Of a stretch of 52,082 nt of DNA, positions 9,843 to 20,196 are shown piece by piece. Origin of the DNA: Deinococcota bacterium (lineage in GTDB: Bacteria > Deinococcota > Deinococci > Deinococcales > Thermaceae). Below the pieces are notes generated by a model, which saw only the letters and a program-made list of their open reading frames with translations, was not told the origin of the DNA and did not search any database. The position numbers were made by a program, and so were the translations under genes. The stretch's first letter is position 1, and every line of letters starts with the position of its first letter. The stretch is taken from NCBI GenBank assembly GCA_041695225.1, contig JBGFRI010000032.1, forward strand, positions 1 to 52,082, written 5' to 3'.

Positions 9843-10580
9843 TCAAACCTTCAGCGAGACAGTCTCGAGGTTCAGGTTGGCGTACACGCTCTGCACGTCA
9901 TCGAGCTCTTCCAGCACTTCCACCAGGCGCAACACTTTTTCGGCTTCTTCCTGGCCCAGGGTCGTGGTGTTTTGCGGAATCATGGTGATCTCGGTGTTTT
10001 CGGGCTTGAGGCCTTTGGCCTTCAGGGTGTTGGCCACGCTGTAGACCTCGTGGGGAGCAGTATAAATTTCCAGACCCCCCTCGCTTTCCTGGAAGTCCAG
10101 CGCCCCTGCCTCGATGGCGGCCTCCTGCGCTGCCTCGGAGTTGGGTTCAATCCAGATATAGCCCCGGCGGTCAAACTGCCACGATACCGCCCCGCTCGCC
10201 CCGAGGCTGCCCCCATGTTTGGAGAAAATGTGGCGTATTTCCGATGCCGTGCGGTTGCGGTTGTCTGTTAGGGCAGTCACAATAATCGCCACTCCGCCCG
10301 GCGCATACCCCTCGTAGACCACCTCCTCGTAATGCCCGCCCTCGTCATCACCGCCCGCCAGGCGCTTGAGCAGGCGCTCGATATTGTCACTGGGGACGTC
10401 TTCACTTTTGGCTGCTTCAATCAGATTGCGCAAGTTGACATTGGCCGCGGGGTCGGCACTTCCCCCCGCCCTGGCCGCGGCCGCAATCAGACGCAGGTAT
10501 TTGCTTACCACCTTGCCTTTTTTGAGGTCGTTTGCGGCTTTTTTCCGCTTGATCTGTGCCCATTTGCTATGACCCGCCAT
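9843..10580 (-). CDS. yebC: YebC/PmpR family protein
   Basis: MAGHSKWAQIKRKK, YEGYAPGG and TDNRNRT motifs. Confidence 0.96.
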   Translation of the reverse strand: MAGHSKWAQIKRKKAANDLKKGKVVSKYLRLIAAAARAGGSADPAANVNLRNLIEAAKSEDVPSDNIERLLKRLAGGDDEGGHYEEVVYEGYAPGGVAIIVTALTDNRNRTASEIRHIFSKHGGSLGASGAVSWQFDRRGYIWIEPNSEAAQEAAIEAGALDFQESEGGLEIYTAPHEVYSVANTLKAKGLKPENTEITMIPQNTTTLGQEEAEKVLRLVEVLEELDDVQSVYANLNLETVSLKV

Positions 10581-10630
10581 ACATCACCATTTTCCAGTAT
10601 ACGAGAGGGGCAGCCAGACAAAAGGGGCTG

Positions 10631-10692
10631 GTCGCAAGTCAAGAGTCGAAGGTCATACCGCATATGGGGAGACCTGCAATCTTGAACCTGAC
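10631..10692. repeat. Heptamer array with degenerate inverted arm
   Basis: GTCGCAA GTCAAGA GTCGAAG GTCATAC, then GAGAC CTGCAAT CTTGAAC CTGAC. Confidence 0.7.
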
Positions 10693-10932
10693 ATGTGGTG
10701 TAAACAGACGCGGTTACTCGACCATCTGGATACCCACCCATCAAGCGCTGTGCAGAACATACTTTATCAGTCAAGGACGATCAGAGATCTTCATAGTCAA
10801 GAGATAGGTTTTTATAGCCTCACTGGCGGAAACAAAAGTGAGCACGACTATAGACTGGGACGGTGGTTTTAGGCTGTGCCCGACTACCGCCCCAGGAGCG
10901 CAACAAGCGGTTCAGCGGGTTGCTTGCAGCAA

Positions 10933-10997
10933 GTAGAAGCTGATAGCAACAGCCGCTTTCAGCTTTCAGCTTTTAGCTATTCGCTGTTCGCTATTTG
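10933..10997. repeat. Heptamer array with inverted arms
   Basis: GCTGATA, then GCTTTCA GCTTTCA GCTTTTA GCTATTC GCTGTTC GCTATTT. Confidence 0.88.
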
Positions 10998-11065
10998 TTG
11001 GTGCCACCGAGGCACTCGACAGAGCCAGACAAAGCTATCTGGGGTGGAAGAAAAGGATTAACAAG

Positions 11066-11875
11066 TTAGTCCTGTGGTCCCTTCCGCTTAGCGCCGGTAC
11101 TCCAGGCCAGATGCTCGGCAAGCCGGGGAAACCAGCGCGCCAGCAGGTCGAACAGGCGCAGCTGCCAGGGTACAAACATCATCCTGGCATCGCGCTCAAC
11201 TGCCCGCACAATGCCCAGGGCAGCCTGCTCTGAGGTAATCTCGGGTATAAGCCGACCCACTCTGGGGATGCGGTTTTCGGTCTCGAGGTTACGGGTGAAG
11301 TACTCGCTATCGCTAATTTTGCCAGGGAAAAAAGCACAAACCCTCAGTTTGCTGTGGTAAAGGTCGGCCCGCAGGGCTTCGGCCAGGCCGTGCAAGGCCC
11401 AGCGGGCGGCTACATAGCCGGTAGCGCCAGGCCATGCCAGTCGGCTGGCCGGCGAGCAGACCATCAGAATCAGGCCCCGTTTTTGCTCCAGCATGGTAGG
11501 TAGAAAGACCCGGGTCAGGTAGGCCGCGCTGAAGTAGGGGGCATCCATCAGGCGCTGGATGTCAGTGATGGGCGTTTCATCCAGAAAGCGCCACTCGCCC
11601 GCGCCGGCGCTGTTTATCAGGATATCGGGGGTGCCTAGCTCGGCCAGCACCTGTTCGCCCAGGCGGGTGGCCTCGAGGTGGCTGCTCAGGTCGGCGGCAA
11701 AGGCCCAGGCCTGCCCACCGGCCTCGCGAATTTGAGCGGCAACCTGCTCGAGCCGCTGCTCTCTACGGGCCACCAAGACCAGTCTGGCGCCCCGTCTGGC
11801 AAGCTCGATCGCAGTGGCCCTGCCAATTCCGCTGCTGGCCCCGCTGACTACGCAAAGGCTACCGGCGATCTTCAT
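11066..11875 (-). CDS. Short-chain dehydrogenase/reductase
   Basis: SGASSGIG and LINSAG motifs; YxxxR variant of YxxxK; ATG 11875 is the likely start. Confidence 0.9.
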   Translation of the reverse strand: MKIAGSLCVVSGASSGIGRATAIELARRGARLVLVARREQRLEQVAAQIREAGGQAWAFAADLSSHLEATRLGEQVLAELGTPDILINSAGAGEWRFLDETPITDIQRLMDAPYFSAAYLTRVFLPTMLEQKRGLILMVCSPASRLAWPGATGYVAARWALHGLAEALRADLYHSKLRVCAFFPGKISDSEYFTRNLETENRIPRVGRLIPEITSEQAALGIVRAVERDARMMFVPWQLRLFDLLARWFPRLAEHLAWSTGAKRKGPQD

Positions 11876-12056
11876 AGCTCGAACAGAGTGTACTCGAAAG
11901 CATTGACCACCCTTACCCACTCGGGGCCTTTGTACTCGCCTCTGTGCCGGGCTTTATACGGTTGGATGTGGTGTGTTTGCCCGCGCCTCATGCTTTTGTG
12001 CCACTCTGGTTCGACTCGGCTAGTGTTTTGACCGACCTGCCTTTAGTATCGGCAGG

Positions 12057-13022
12057 ATGAGACAGCCGATTCCTGCGCTCTTCCTAAAGGCCCAGCCGGT
12101 AGGCCGGGTCTGGGGCGGCTCACGAATAGCCCAGAAGCTTGGTTTGCAACCGAAAGAACCCATTGGGGAACTCTGGCTGGCCTACGACCAGAACCGTATC
12201 CGTTCGGGGCTGCTGGCCGGCAGAACCCTGGCCGAAGCCTTGCCCGAACTGGGCGCGGGTTTTCTCGGCAAAGCTGCATATGACCGGTATGGCCTCGAGC
12301 TTCCCCTGCTGATCAAGTTTCTCGATACAGCCGAGTGGCTTTCGGTACAGGTACACCCCGACGACGCCTATGCCCACCACGAGGAAGCCGCCAGTGGTTT
12401 TCACGGCAAGACCGAGGCCTGGTACATCCTGGAGGGCGAGGGCGAGTTGGTTTATGGCCTGCGCCAGCCGATGGAGCGCGAAAGCCTCTCCAGGGCCGCT
12501 CAGGACGGCACCCTGTGGGATAAACTGCAGCGAGAATGGGTGGTGGCAGAACAGGCAATTCCGGTGCCAGCCGGAACCATTCACGCCCTGGGGCCAGGGC
12601 TTTTGCTCTACGAGGTGCAGCAGCGTTCCGACCTGACCTACCGCCTCTATGACTATGGGCGGCCCCGTGAACTGCATCTAGAAAAAGCCCTGGAGGTGGC
12701 CAGGCTAAAGCCCACCCCGCTGCCCCGGCCCCTTGCGCTGCCCGCCCAGCACAAAGAGATACTGCTGGCCTGCGAAGCCTTTGTGCTCGAGCGCTATCAT
12801 CTGCGGGGCCGGCTTACCCAGCGGGCGCCCGACCACTGTTTCTTGCTTCTTACCCTGATCGCCGGAGGGGCGGAGTGGCCAGAAGGACCCCTCGGCTGGG
12901 GCGATACCCTGCTGATTGGGGCAGGGCAGGCCATAGAACTAACGGGCCAGGCCCAGTTTTTGGGTGCCTTTGTGCCCCCTTCAGAATGGCTCTACTGGTA
13001 TCCGGCAACGCTCTGGGTGTGA
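12057..13022 (+). CDS. manA: Type I mannose-6-phosphate isomerase
   Basis: VWGG, LLIKFLD, LSVQVHPDD, GKTEAWY, GTIHA and TYRLYDYGR motifs. Confidence 0.9.
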   Translation: MRQPIPALFLKAQPVGRVWGGSRIAQKLGLQPKEPIGELWLAYDQNRIRSGLLAGRTLAEALPELGAGFLGKAAYDRYGLELPLLIKFLDTAEWLSVQVHPDDAYAHHEEAASGFHGKTEAWYILEGEGELVYGLRQPMERESLSRAAQDGTLWDKLQREWVVAEQAIPVPAGTIHALGPGLLLYEVQQRSDLTYRLYDYGRPRELHLEKALEVARLKPTPLPRPLALPAQHKEILLACEAFVLERYHLRGRLTQRAPDHCFLLLTLIAGGAEWPEGPLGWGDTLLIGAGQAIELTGQAQFLGAFVPPSEWLYWYPATLWV

Positions 13023-13067
13023 GCCTGGTCTCACTTCAGCCAGCGGTATTTTCGATAACCTGAGAGC

Positions 13068-13640
13068 ATGTTGCAGTATTCCCAGCTTGACATAGGAACA
13101 GAGCTGATTGACGCCGAGCTGCCCGACCTTAACGGCCAGCCGGTCAAACTGTCCAGTTTTCCTGAGCCCTATCTGGTGGTGATGTTCATATGCAACCACT
13201 GCCCCTATGTTCAGGGCTCCATTGGCGAAATTGTGCAGCTTGCGCAAAAGTACCGCGGCCAGGCCGCTTTTGTGGCCATCAACCCCAACGACTTTGAGCG
13301 CTACCCCGAAGACTCGCCACAGGCTATGCAAGCCTTTGCGGCCCAGCACCGGTTCAGTTTCCCCTATCTGCTAGACCAGACCCAGGCTACCGCCAAAGCC
13401 TATCTGGCTCAACGAACCCCCGAGGTATTTGTTTTTGATGCCGCTCGCAGACTGCGTTACCGGGGGCGGGTAAACGACACCCCCAAAAACCCCGCCAGCG
13501 TTAGCGATCACACCCTGGACCGGGTTCTAACCGCTTTGGTACAGGGGCTTGATCCACCCCTTAGCCAGGCCGAGGCTATCGGCTGTACCATCAAGTGGAA
13601 GCCGGGCAACGAGCCCAGCATCAGAATCGGCCCGGCTTGA
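13068..13640 (+). CDS. Thioredoxin-like/AhpC-TSA family protein
   Basis: [23 protein letters not shown] and IGCTIKWK motifs. Confidence 0.92.
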   Translation: MLQYSQLDIGTELIDAELPDLNGQPVKLSSFPEPYLVVMFICNHCPYVQGSIGEIVQLAQKYRGQAAFVAINPNDFERYPEDSPQAMQAFAAQHRFSFPYLLDQTQATAKAYLAQRTPEVFVFDAARRLRYRGRVNDTPKNPASVSDHTLDRVLTALVQGLDPPLSQAEAIGCTIKWKPGNEPSIRIGPA

Positions 13641-13651
13641 ACCTGATTTAG

Positions 13652-14227
13652 ATGAAACTGGGACTGTTTGGAGGCCGTTTCGACCCGCCTCACCTGGGGC
13701 ACCTTCTGGTGGCGGAGCAGGTCTGTGATGCGCTGGCGCTCGAGGCGGTCTGGTTTATGCCTGCGCCAAGCCCGCCCCACAAGCCTGCGGTTGCCAGCCC
13801 CGAAGACCGCTACGCGATGACCCTGCTGGCCACCTGCTCAAACCCCCGCTTTAGCGTAAGCCGCCTCGAGCTCGACCGAGAGGGCCCCTCCTATACCTAC
13901 CAGACCGTGCAGCAGGTACGGGTGCTAAAGCCTCACAGCGAGCTTTTCTTTATCACCGGGGCCGACGCTTACCAGGGAATTGCCAGCTGGCACCGGGCGG
14001 CAGAGTTAGTAAACCTGGTTACCATGGTGGCCGTGGCCAGACCGGGGTTTGATCTGGAAAAGCTCGAGCCCCAGTTCAAAGCCCGGCTGAAGCTGGTAGC
14101 CGCTGTTGGCTTTGATATTTCCAGCAGCGAGATTCGCAGCCGGATAAAAACCCGCCGCTCCATTCGGTACTTTGTGCCCGAGCAGGTCGAAAACTATCTG
14201 GCCAAGCACCGGCTATACCTGGAATAG
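13652..14227 (+). CDS. nadD: Nicotinate-nucleotide adenylyltransferase
   Basis: GGRFDPPHLGH, PPHK, SYT, ITGAD and ISSSEIR motifs. Confidence 0.96.
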   Translation: MKLGLFGGRFDPPHLGHLLVAEQVCDALALEAVWFMPAPSPPHKPAVASPEDRYAMTLLATCSNPRFSVSRLELDREGPSYTYQTVQQVRVLKPHSELFFITGADAYQGIASWHRAAELVNLVTMVAVARPGFDLEKLEPQFKARLKLVAAVGFDISSSEIRSRIKTRRSIRYFVPEQVENYLAKHRLYLE

Positions 14228-14252
14228 CCCAGAGGCTTAGTAAGATGAGGCG

Positions 14253-15113
14253 ATGATCCGCCACGCCCTGCTGCAGTTCAAACCATCCAAGGGAAGGCTT
14301 AGCACTACCCTGGAGCGACTGGCCGAGCGGCTGCTCGCCCTCAAAAACCAGGGGGTAGATGTGGTCACCCTACCCGAGACGGCGCTCTCGGGCTACTTTT
14401 TGCAGGCCGGGGTGCGCGAACAAGCGCTCTCTGCCCAGCAGGTAGTAGGGCTGCTGCAAGAGCTGCTGGCAGAGCTTGAGTGGACCGCCCCCATAGACAT
14501 CTGCCTGGGCTTTTACGAGAGCAGCCAGGGCGGCTTTTTCAACAGCGCCCTGTACGCCGAGTTCAACACCCCCCAGGCCGGCATCCGGCATATCCACCGC
14601 AAGATCTTCCTACCCACCTATGGCGTTTTTGACGAGGGGCGGTATGTCTCGCGCGGTGAGCGGCTCGATACCTTTGCCACCCGCTTTGGCCGGGCCGGAA
14701 TCTTAATCTGTGAAGACGCCTGGCACAGCCTAACCGCCGCGGTGCTGGCCTTGAAGGGGGCGCAGCTGCTCTATATTCCCATGGCCAGCCCGGCCCGCGA
14801 CCTGGTGGGACCTGCCCCGGTCAACGCCCGCCGCTGGCTGGCTACAGCCGAAGGAATTGCCGCCGAGCATGGGGTCTTTGTGCTCAGTACCAGCCTGGTG
14901 GGCTTTGAGGGGGGCAAGGGGATGGTTGGCCTGTCCCACGCGGTCAATCCCTATGGCCAGGTGATTGCTCAGGGGCCGCTGTTTGAGGAGGCGGTGCTGC
15001 TGGTAGACCTGCACCCCGAAAGCATCCAGGTAGCCCGTTACGAGACTCCCCTGCTGGCCGACCTGCGGGCCAACCTGGCCCCCTTGATCCGGAGCTTTCA
15101 GGAGGTGCTGTGA
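14253..15113 (+). CDS. Nitrilase-fold glutaminase subunit of NAD synthetase
   Basis: E-K-C triad (LPETALSGY, HRKIFLPTYGVFDE, ICEDAW); overlaps the nadE start by 4 nt. Confidence 0.85.
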   Translation: MIRHALLQFKPSKGRLSTTLERLAERLLALKNQGVDVVTLPETALSGYFLQAGVREQALSAQQVVGLLQELLAELEWTAPIDICLGFYESSQGGFFNSALYAEFNTPQAGIRHIHRKIFLPTYGVFDEGRYVSRGERLDTFATRFGRAGILICEDAWHSLTAAVLALKGAQLLYIPMASPARDLVGPAPVNARRWLATAEGIAAEHGVFVLSTSLVGFEGGKGMVGLSHAVNPYGQVIAQGPLFEEAVLLVDLHPESIQVARYETPLLADLRANLAPLIRSFQEVL

Positions 15114-15958
15114 GTCAGCCGATAATTGGAGCCAGTAGCCGCCCAGAGCAGCTACTTGAACTCAACTACGCAATGCTCACCGACTTCCTGGTGGCTTTTT
15201 TGCGCGACGAGGTGGCTCGCAAGGGCTTTAGCAAGGTGCTGGTGGCCCTTTCCGGCGGGGTTGACTCGGCAGTGACCTGCTACCTGGCGGCCAGAGCCTT
15301 TGGGCCAGAGCAGGTCTATGCGCTAAGGCTGCCTTACCAGAGCTCGAGCCCCGACTCGCTCCTGCACGCCCAGCTAGTCATCGAGGCCCTGGGCGTCCAC
15401 AGCCAGACTATCGAGATTACCGCTACGGTAGATGGCTACGCTAAAGTAATCACCGGCATGACCCCCCACCGCAAGGGGAACCTGATGAGCCGGGTCAGGA
15501 TGATGATCTGCTTCGATCAGTCCCAGGCCCTGGGAGCCCTGCCGCTGGGTACCGGCAACAAGACCGAGCGGATGTTCGGCTACTTCACCTGGCACGGCGA
15601 CGACGCCCCGCCGCTCAACCCCCTGGGAGACCTGTTCAAAACCCAGGTCTGGGGGCTGGCCCAGCACCTTGGTGTGCCGGAGGTGATCGTTGGAAAGCCA
15701 CCCAGCGCCGACCTGATTCCCGGCCAGTCCGACGAGGCCGACCTGGGCATCAGCTACCAGCGCGGAGATACCATTCTGGCCCACCTGATGGCCGGGTATG
15801 AGGAGGCCTATCTGCTAAAACAGGGCTTTAGCCAAAGCGAGCTGGCGCTGGTCAAGGGGCTGGTGGCCAGAACCCACTGGAAGCGCAAGCCCCCCATCTG
15901 CGCTATGGTCTCGAGCACCGCCATTGAGGAGTTTTACCTGCGGCCGGTGGATTACTAA
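15110..15958 (+). CDS. nadE: NAD+ synthetase (synthetase subunit)
   Basis: LSGGVDS, GNLMSRVRM, GTGNKTE, DLFKTQV and PPSADL motifs. Confidence 0.96.
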   Translation: MSQPIIGASSRPEQLLELNYAMLTDFLVAFLRDEVARKGFSKVLVALSGGVDSAVTCYLAARAFGPEQVYALRLPYQSSSPDSLLHAQLVIEALGVHSQTIEITATVDGYAKVITGMTPHRKGNLMSRVRMMICFDQSQALGALPLGTGNKTERMFGYFTWHGDDAPPLNPLGDLFKTQVWGLAQHLGVPEVIVGKPPSADLIPGQSDEADLGISYQRGDTILAHLMAGYEEAYLLKQGFSQSELALVKGLVARTHWKRKPPICAMVSSTAIEEFYLRPVDY

Positions 15959-15970
15959 CAGGCGCGTGGA

Positions 15971-16132
15971 TTGCAGTCACCACACTGCCCGCGTGAAGCC
16001 CGGACAACCGGTAAAGTAGCCCTGCGCGCAGCCCTGCTGGCCGAGTACCTAAAAACCAGAGCCTCTACCCGCAGCCTGGCCAGGAAGTAGGGGGTGTGCA
16101 GCAGCACCGTCTGGAAGTGGGTGCGGGGTTAG
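15971..16132 (+). pseudogene. Degraded transposase N-terminal HTH (IS481-like)
   Basis: HCPREARTT...LRAALLAEY...STRSLARK*GVCSSTVWKWV; in-frame TAG at 16088 where Tyr is expected. Confidence 0.6.
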
Positions 16133-16450
16133 GTAAGAGATAGCGCTTCAAAGGGTTTCCATACCGGCGGCTTAGCGCACCAACCCATTCAGCTCTAGCC
16201 CAAAGCTCGAGCAGGCCTCTATCCCGCGCAGGCTAAGTACTGTTAGGCGAGTCGCATACGCGATTCCGGCAAAGCCGTAACCTAGGTCCATAAGTTCGAT
16301 CCCGTATTCTTGGGGCCCTGCTCAGGCGACTGCGCCGAGAGGCTGCTGATCAGCCAGCCGCCCGGCGGGAGAGTCAGGACTTCGCTGCTTACCTAGCTCG
16401 CCAGGGCATCGCTTGTGAGGTAGAATCGCCTTACGCAGCGAGGTGACCTC

Positions 16451-16657
16451 ATGAGGCGTGAAGAGAAGGGTGTTGTCCACAGCAAGCTTGATCGAAGTGC
16501 GCTCTTGAAGCTGTCGGTCGAAGAGCGTGGCAAGCTATTGGCGCGCCAGGCGGCCGAGCTTGAACATCTTTATCAGCCAGGAGGTGATCTCATGGAGTGG
16601 GTCGAGGACTATGTAGACGCGGGGGACCTGGTGGATGCCGAACCCTCGCCGCGGTGA
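16451..16657 (+). CDS. Putative antitoxin
   Basis: 68 aa, acidic C-terminus, GAGGTG RBS, overlaps the toxin gene by 23 nt. Confidence 0.75.
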   Translation: MRREEKGVVHSKLDRSALLKLSVEERGKLLARQAAELEHLYQPGGDLMEWVEDYVDAGDLVDAEPSPR

Positions 16658-16985
16658 GATCTGGCAAATTCGCTTCGATCCGGCCAGGGGTTCCGAGATA
16701 CGCAAGCAGCGCCCGGCGGTGGTGCTGAGTTCCGATCGGCTGGGCGTTTTACCCGTGAAGCTGGTGGTGCCTCTTACCGGCTGGCTTGCCGGCTACGCCG
16801 GCAAGGTGTGGATTGTCCGCATCGACCCCAGCAAGGAAAGCGGCCTAACGAAGGTCTCCGCGGCTGAGACGTTGCAGACGCGCGCCGTCTCCCTACAGCG
16901 CTTTGTCGTCAAGCTAGGGGAACTGGATAACGAGACGGTGCGGGAGATTGCTACCGCGCTGGCTATCCTGGTCGAGCTGGGGTGA
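16635..16985 (+). CDS. mazF: PemK/MazF family toxin (endoribonuclease)
   Basis: RRGEIW..FDP..GSE..K.RPAVVLS, VVPLT and SGLTKVS motifs. Confidence 0.92.
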   Translation: MPNPRRGEIWQIRFDPARGSEIRKQRPAVVLSSDRLGVLPVKLVVPLTGWLAGYAGKVWIVRIDPSKESGLTKVSAAETLQTRAVSLQRFVVKLGELDNETVREIATALAILVELG

Positions 16986-17105
16986 CAAGAAAGGCATACC
17001 ACCCGCCTCTTATCATTGGGCTCGAGCCCCCCCCCAGGCTAAAGCCCAGACTGGTGCCCAGCGAAAAGCTGAGCCAGCTGCCAATTCGGTCTTACAGCCG
17101 ATGGT

Positions 17106-17750
17106 TCATACACTTGTAGCAGCCTCCCCCACCGACCTGCTGCTCTCGTACAGGCTAACTAAAGGGAGGATAAGCAGAGCCCACCAAACATGCCCAAGGA
17201 TAAAGCCGTACTCACGCCAGGTGCAATCAAAAACCATAGATGCCCCCATTAGCACGACCACGGCCAGAGTAGAAAGCGCCAGCCGACCAGCCAGTCTAGC
17301 AGACTCGGTGATGTTAGCTAACAGACCACGCTGCGTATGATCGGCAACCATGAAGCCCAGATAAGCAACCGGCAAAATTAAGATCGACGTCATCAGATTA
17401 GTTGCGGCCAAGTACACTGGCTCACACACTGGGACAGCCCCCAGCCTGAACCCATGCCCCGCTGCAAGCCCAAGCGCGGCGTCCGTCAGTGCAGAAGTCA
17501 GAACAAGGTACAGAATAATAATATACCCCAGCGCAACGTTACTCCAACTGAAACTTTTAAAGACCAACCACCAGTCCCAGCGCCCCTCGCGCCAGGCCAG
17601 CAGTAGCGCCTTGCTCCACCCCACCAAGGTGGGGCCGAACAGGATACCCAGCGTGACAATAGATGCAGCAAGCGCCAGAATACTCGAGACCACGGCTTGC
17701 AGGCCGAAACGTGGTAGTCTGGCAGCGGTCTGGTTTAGCATGCTCATCAT
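17106..17750 (-). CDS. Hypothetical integral membrane protein
   Basis: AGGAGG RBS; about 5 hydrophobic segments; atypical codon usage. Confidence 0.7.
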   Translation of the reverse strand: MMSMLNQTAARLPRFGLQAVVSSILALAASIVTLGILFGPTLVGWSKALLLAWREGRWDWWLVFKSFSWSNVALGYIIILYLVLTSALTDAALGLAAGHGFRLGAVPVCEPVYLAATNLMTSILILPVAYLGFMVADHTQRGLLANITESARLAGRLALSTLAVVVLMGASMVFDCTWREYGFILGHVWWALLILPLVSLYESSRSVGEAATSV

Positions 17751-18005
17751 CCTCCTATAGTCAACGGTAGGGTTGCGAGGTCATCAAAGATTCATGTCAA
17801 GGGCCTGGTCGAAGGGTAGGCACTGCAACAATACCTGTGTTGGTGGCATTTCCTGCCCTGCCTCGATACATTTTATATCTTGCTTTTGACCAGCTAAACA
17901 TGGCGCAGCGACGAGTCCGTCCTGGCAACCAATATTGTCTATGAGAAATTGACAACACAACATCCCGACCGACTTACGGCTAGAAACAGGGCTCCTACCA
18001 GCGTT

Positions 18006-19559
18006 TCACTGGCTAAAACCGCGGGCCTGGGTTATGAGCTGCTGCTTGAGTTCCCAGAGTTTTTCGCTTAGCGAGACATGGTAGATATGTGGGTTTATCA
18101 GCCGCTTTACCCCAGCGTCCAGGCGGGCCAGGTCGGCCTGAGCGCGCTGGCGCAGTGCGGAGATGCTGGCTTCCGGGGTGGTGCGGCGGCCACCGACAAA
18201 AACCCTCTCTAAAAGGGGCTCGAGCCCACTAACCTGCGAGCGCTCCAGGCTGCGGTAGACCCCGGCCTCGGTGGGGTGGCGCAGGGTAAACCTGTCTTGG
18301 GAGTTCAGGTCTTCATCTACCAGGGTCACCAGGTCGGCAGTGGCCTTGCCACGCCGGTCATACAGGCGCCAGAGGGCTTTGTTGCCGGGGTTGAGGGTCT
18401 TGCTGGGGGTTTCTGATAGCTTGATGGCCGGGCGCCAGGCAGCCTGGTCGTAGATGGCGACCAGTTTGTACACCCCATCCAGCGCGGCGGCCCCATTCGA
18501 GACCATTAGCTGGGTCCCTACCCCAAAGCTAAGGCGCCGGAGCAGGGCTTTAGGATCTACACCGTGGGCCGCGGCATCGTTTTCGATCTGGGTGGTGATC
18601 TGCCAGATGGTGAACTCCTCGAGGTTGCCAGAAAGAACAATGCGGGCCTGCTCGAAGCCGGCCTCGTCGAGCTGCCTGGCGGTCTGGATGCTCAGATAGG
18701 CCAGGTCGCCCGAGTCTAAGCGCACGCCCAGCGGCTGGTGCCCTTTCTGGCGCAGTTCTCTAAAAACCGTCACTGCGTTAGGAACACCGCTTTGCAGGGT
18801 GTCGACGGTATCTACCAGCAGTAAGCAGTCGTCGGGGTAGAGTGCGGCATAGGCCCTAAAGGCCGCCAGCTCGCCCAGACCCAGGGCCATGAAGCTCTGC
18901 ACCAGGCTGTGGGCGTGGGTTCCTTTGGGGGGCAGCCCCAGGGTGTAGGAGAGGCCGGTGTTGGAGCTATAGTCAACCCCGCCGATTAAGGCCGCGCGGG
19001 TGCCGGCGTTTACCCCGCGCTCCTGGCCCCGGCGCATGCCAAAGTCAATCACCACCCCGCCCTGGGCCGACTGCTTGACCCTCGAGGCCTTGGTAGCAAT
19101 CAGGGTGGGGTAGTTGAGGCGGTTCAGCAGCACCGTTTCCAGTAGCTGAGCCATCATTAGTGGCCCCTCAACCACCACCAGCGGCGCGCCGGCGTGCACC
19201 ACCCGGCCTTCGGGGACCGCGCGGATGGTGAGGCCGGCAAAGTTGGCATGGGCCTTGAGGTAGCGCAAGAAATCTTCGGCAAAGAGCCGCTGGCCTAAAG
19301 CATCCACCGCGCTGCGCAGGTAGTCCAGGTCTTCCTGGCGGAAATGGTAGCCCTCGAGGTAGTCCATTAGCCAGTCCAGCCCCGCGCTCAGGCAGTAGCC
19401 GGCCTGGTGAGTGCCATAGTTGGGGTAGCTGCGGAAAAAGTACTCAAACTGCGAAGGCCGTTCGTGCAGCCCTTCGCGGTAGTAAAGCTGGGCCATGGTG
19501 AGCTGGTAGAAGTCGGTAAACAAGGCCCCTTCGGCGGTTGCTTGCTGGTCGGGTTTCAT
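18006..19559 (-). CDS. pncB: Nicotinate phosphoribosyltransferase
   Basis: [37 protein letters not shown] and GVYKL motifs. Confidence 0.96.
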   Translation of the reverse strand: MKPDQQATAEGALFTDFYQLTMAQLYYREGLHERPSQFEYFFRSYPNYGTHQAGYCLSAGLDWLMDYLEGYHFRQEDLDYLRSAVDALGQRLFAEDFLRYLKAHANFAGLTIRAVPEGRVVHAGAPLVVVEGPLMMAQLLETVLLNRLNYPTLIATKASRVKQSAQGGVVIDFGMRRGQERGVNAGTRAALIGGVDYSSNTGLSYTLGLPPKGTHAHSLVQSFMALGLGELAAFRAYAALYPDDCLLLVDTVDTLQSGVPNAVTVFRELRQKGHQPLGVRLDSGDLAYLSIQTARQLDEAGFEQARIVLSGNLEEFTIWQITTQIENDAAAHGVDPKALLRRLSFGVGTQLMVSNGAAALDGVYKLVAIYDQAAWRPAIKLSETPSKTLNPGNKALWRLYDRRGKATADLVTLVDEDLNSQDRFTLRHPTEAGVYRSLERSQVSGLEPLLERVFVGGRRTTPEASISALRQRAQADLARLDAGVKRLINPHIYHVSLSEKLWELKQQLITQARGFSQ

Positions 19560-19564
19560 TGGCT

Positions 19565-20158
19565 TTAGACAAAATGCAGCGCCGCTGCCTGACCCACCTG
19601 CCCCTGGTAAAGGAAGCTCACCTGGCGCAGGCTGGCGGCCAGATCAAAAGGAGTTAGTGCGCTCACTGCATCTTCTGGCACCACCACCTGGTACCAGCGC
19701 AGCGCCGCCGAGCCCGCCGTGTGCAGCACGCAGATATTCGCTACCGTACCGCAAACCACCACGTTCCTGATGCACCAGAAGTGAAGCCAGTGGTCCAGTG
19801 GTGTGCCATAAAAGCCGTCGTAGCGGGTCTTCTTTATTACCGTATCACCAGTGTGGGGCTTAAGTTCGCTCAAGATCTCGGCCCCCCAGCTCTCGGCCAC
19901 GGCGTGCTTGGGCCAGATGGCAAACTCGGGGTCGTCGGGGCTGTGCCAGTCCTGCGTATAGACCACGCGGGCGCCGGCTGCTCGGGCGCGCTGCAGCAGG
20001 CCGGTTATAACCGGCAGTGTGGCAGGGGCCTGGGGAACAAAGAGGGCTCCTTTTGGGTCGGCGAAGTCGTTCTGCATATCCACCACAACCAGGGCCGTCT
20101 CTGCTGCTTTTAGCTCGAGTTTTTGATAACGCGGGGTACTGGGTACTTCCAGGTTCAT
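19565..20158 (-). CDS. pncA: Isochorismatase-family hydrolase, probable nicotinamidase
   Basis: [16 protein letters not shown] and GTVANICV motifs; directly upstream of pncB. Confidence 0.8.
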   Translation of the reverse strand: MNLEVPSTPRYQKLELKAAETALVVVDMQNDFADPKGALFVPQAPATLPVITGLLQRARAAGARVVYTQDWHSPDDPEFAIWPKHAVAESWGAEILSELKPHTGDTVIKKTRYDGFYGTPLDHWLHFWCIRNVVVCGTVANICVLHTAGSAALRWYQVVVPEDAVSALTPFDLAASLRQVSFLYQGQVGQAAALHFV

Positions 20159-20196
20159 GACTCGAGTCTAACAGAATAAGGCCTGGCTCAAATGCC

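Noticed and set aside
16290..16310. GTTCGATCCC as a tRNA T-loop or attachment site
   Set aside because: The flanks do not form a T-stem and no cloverleaf can be built
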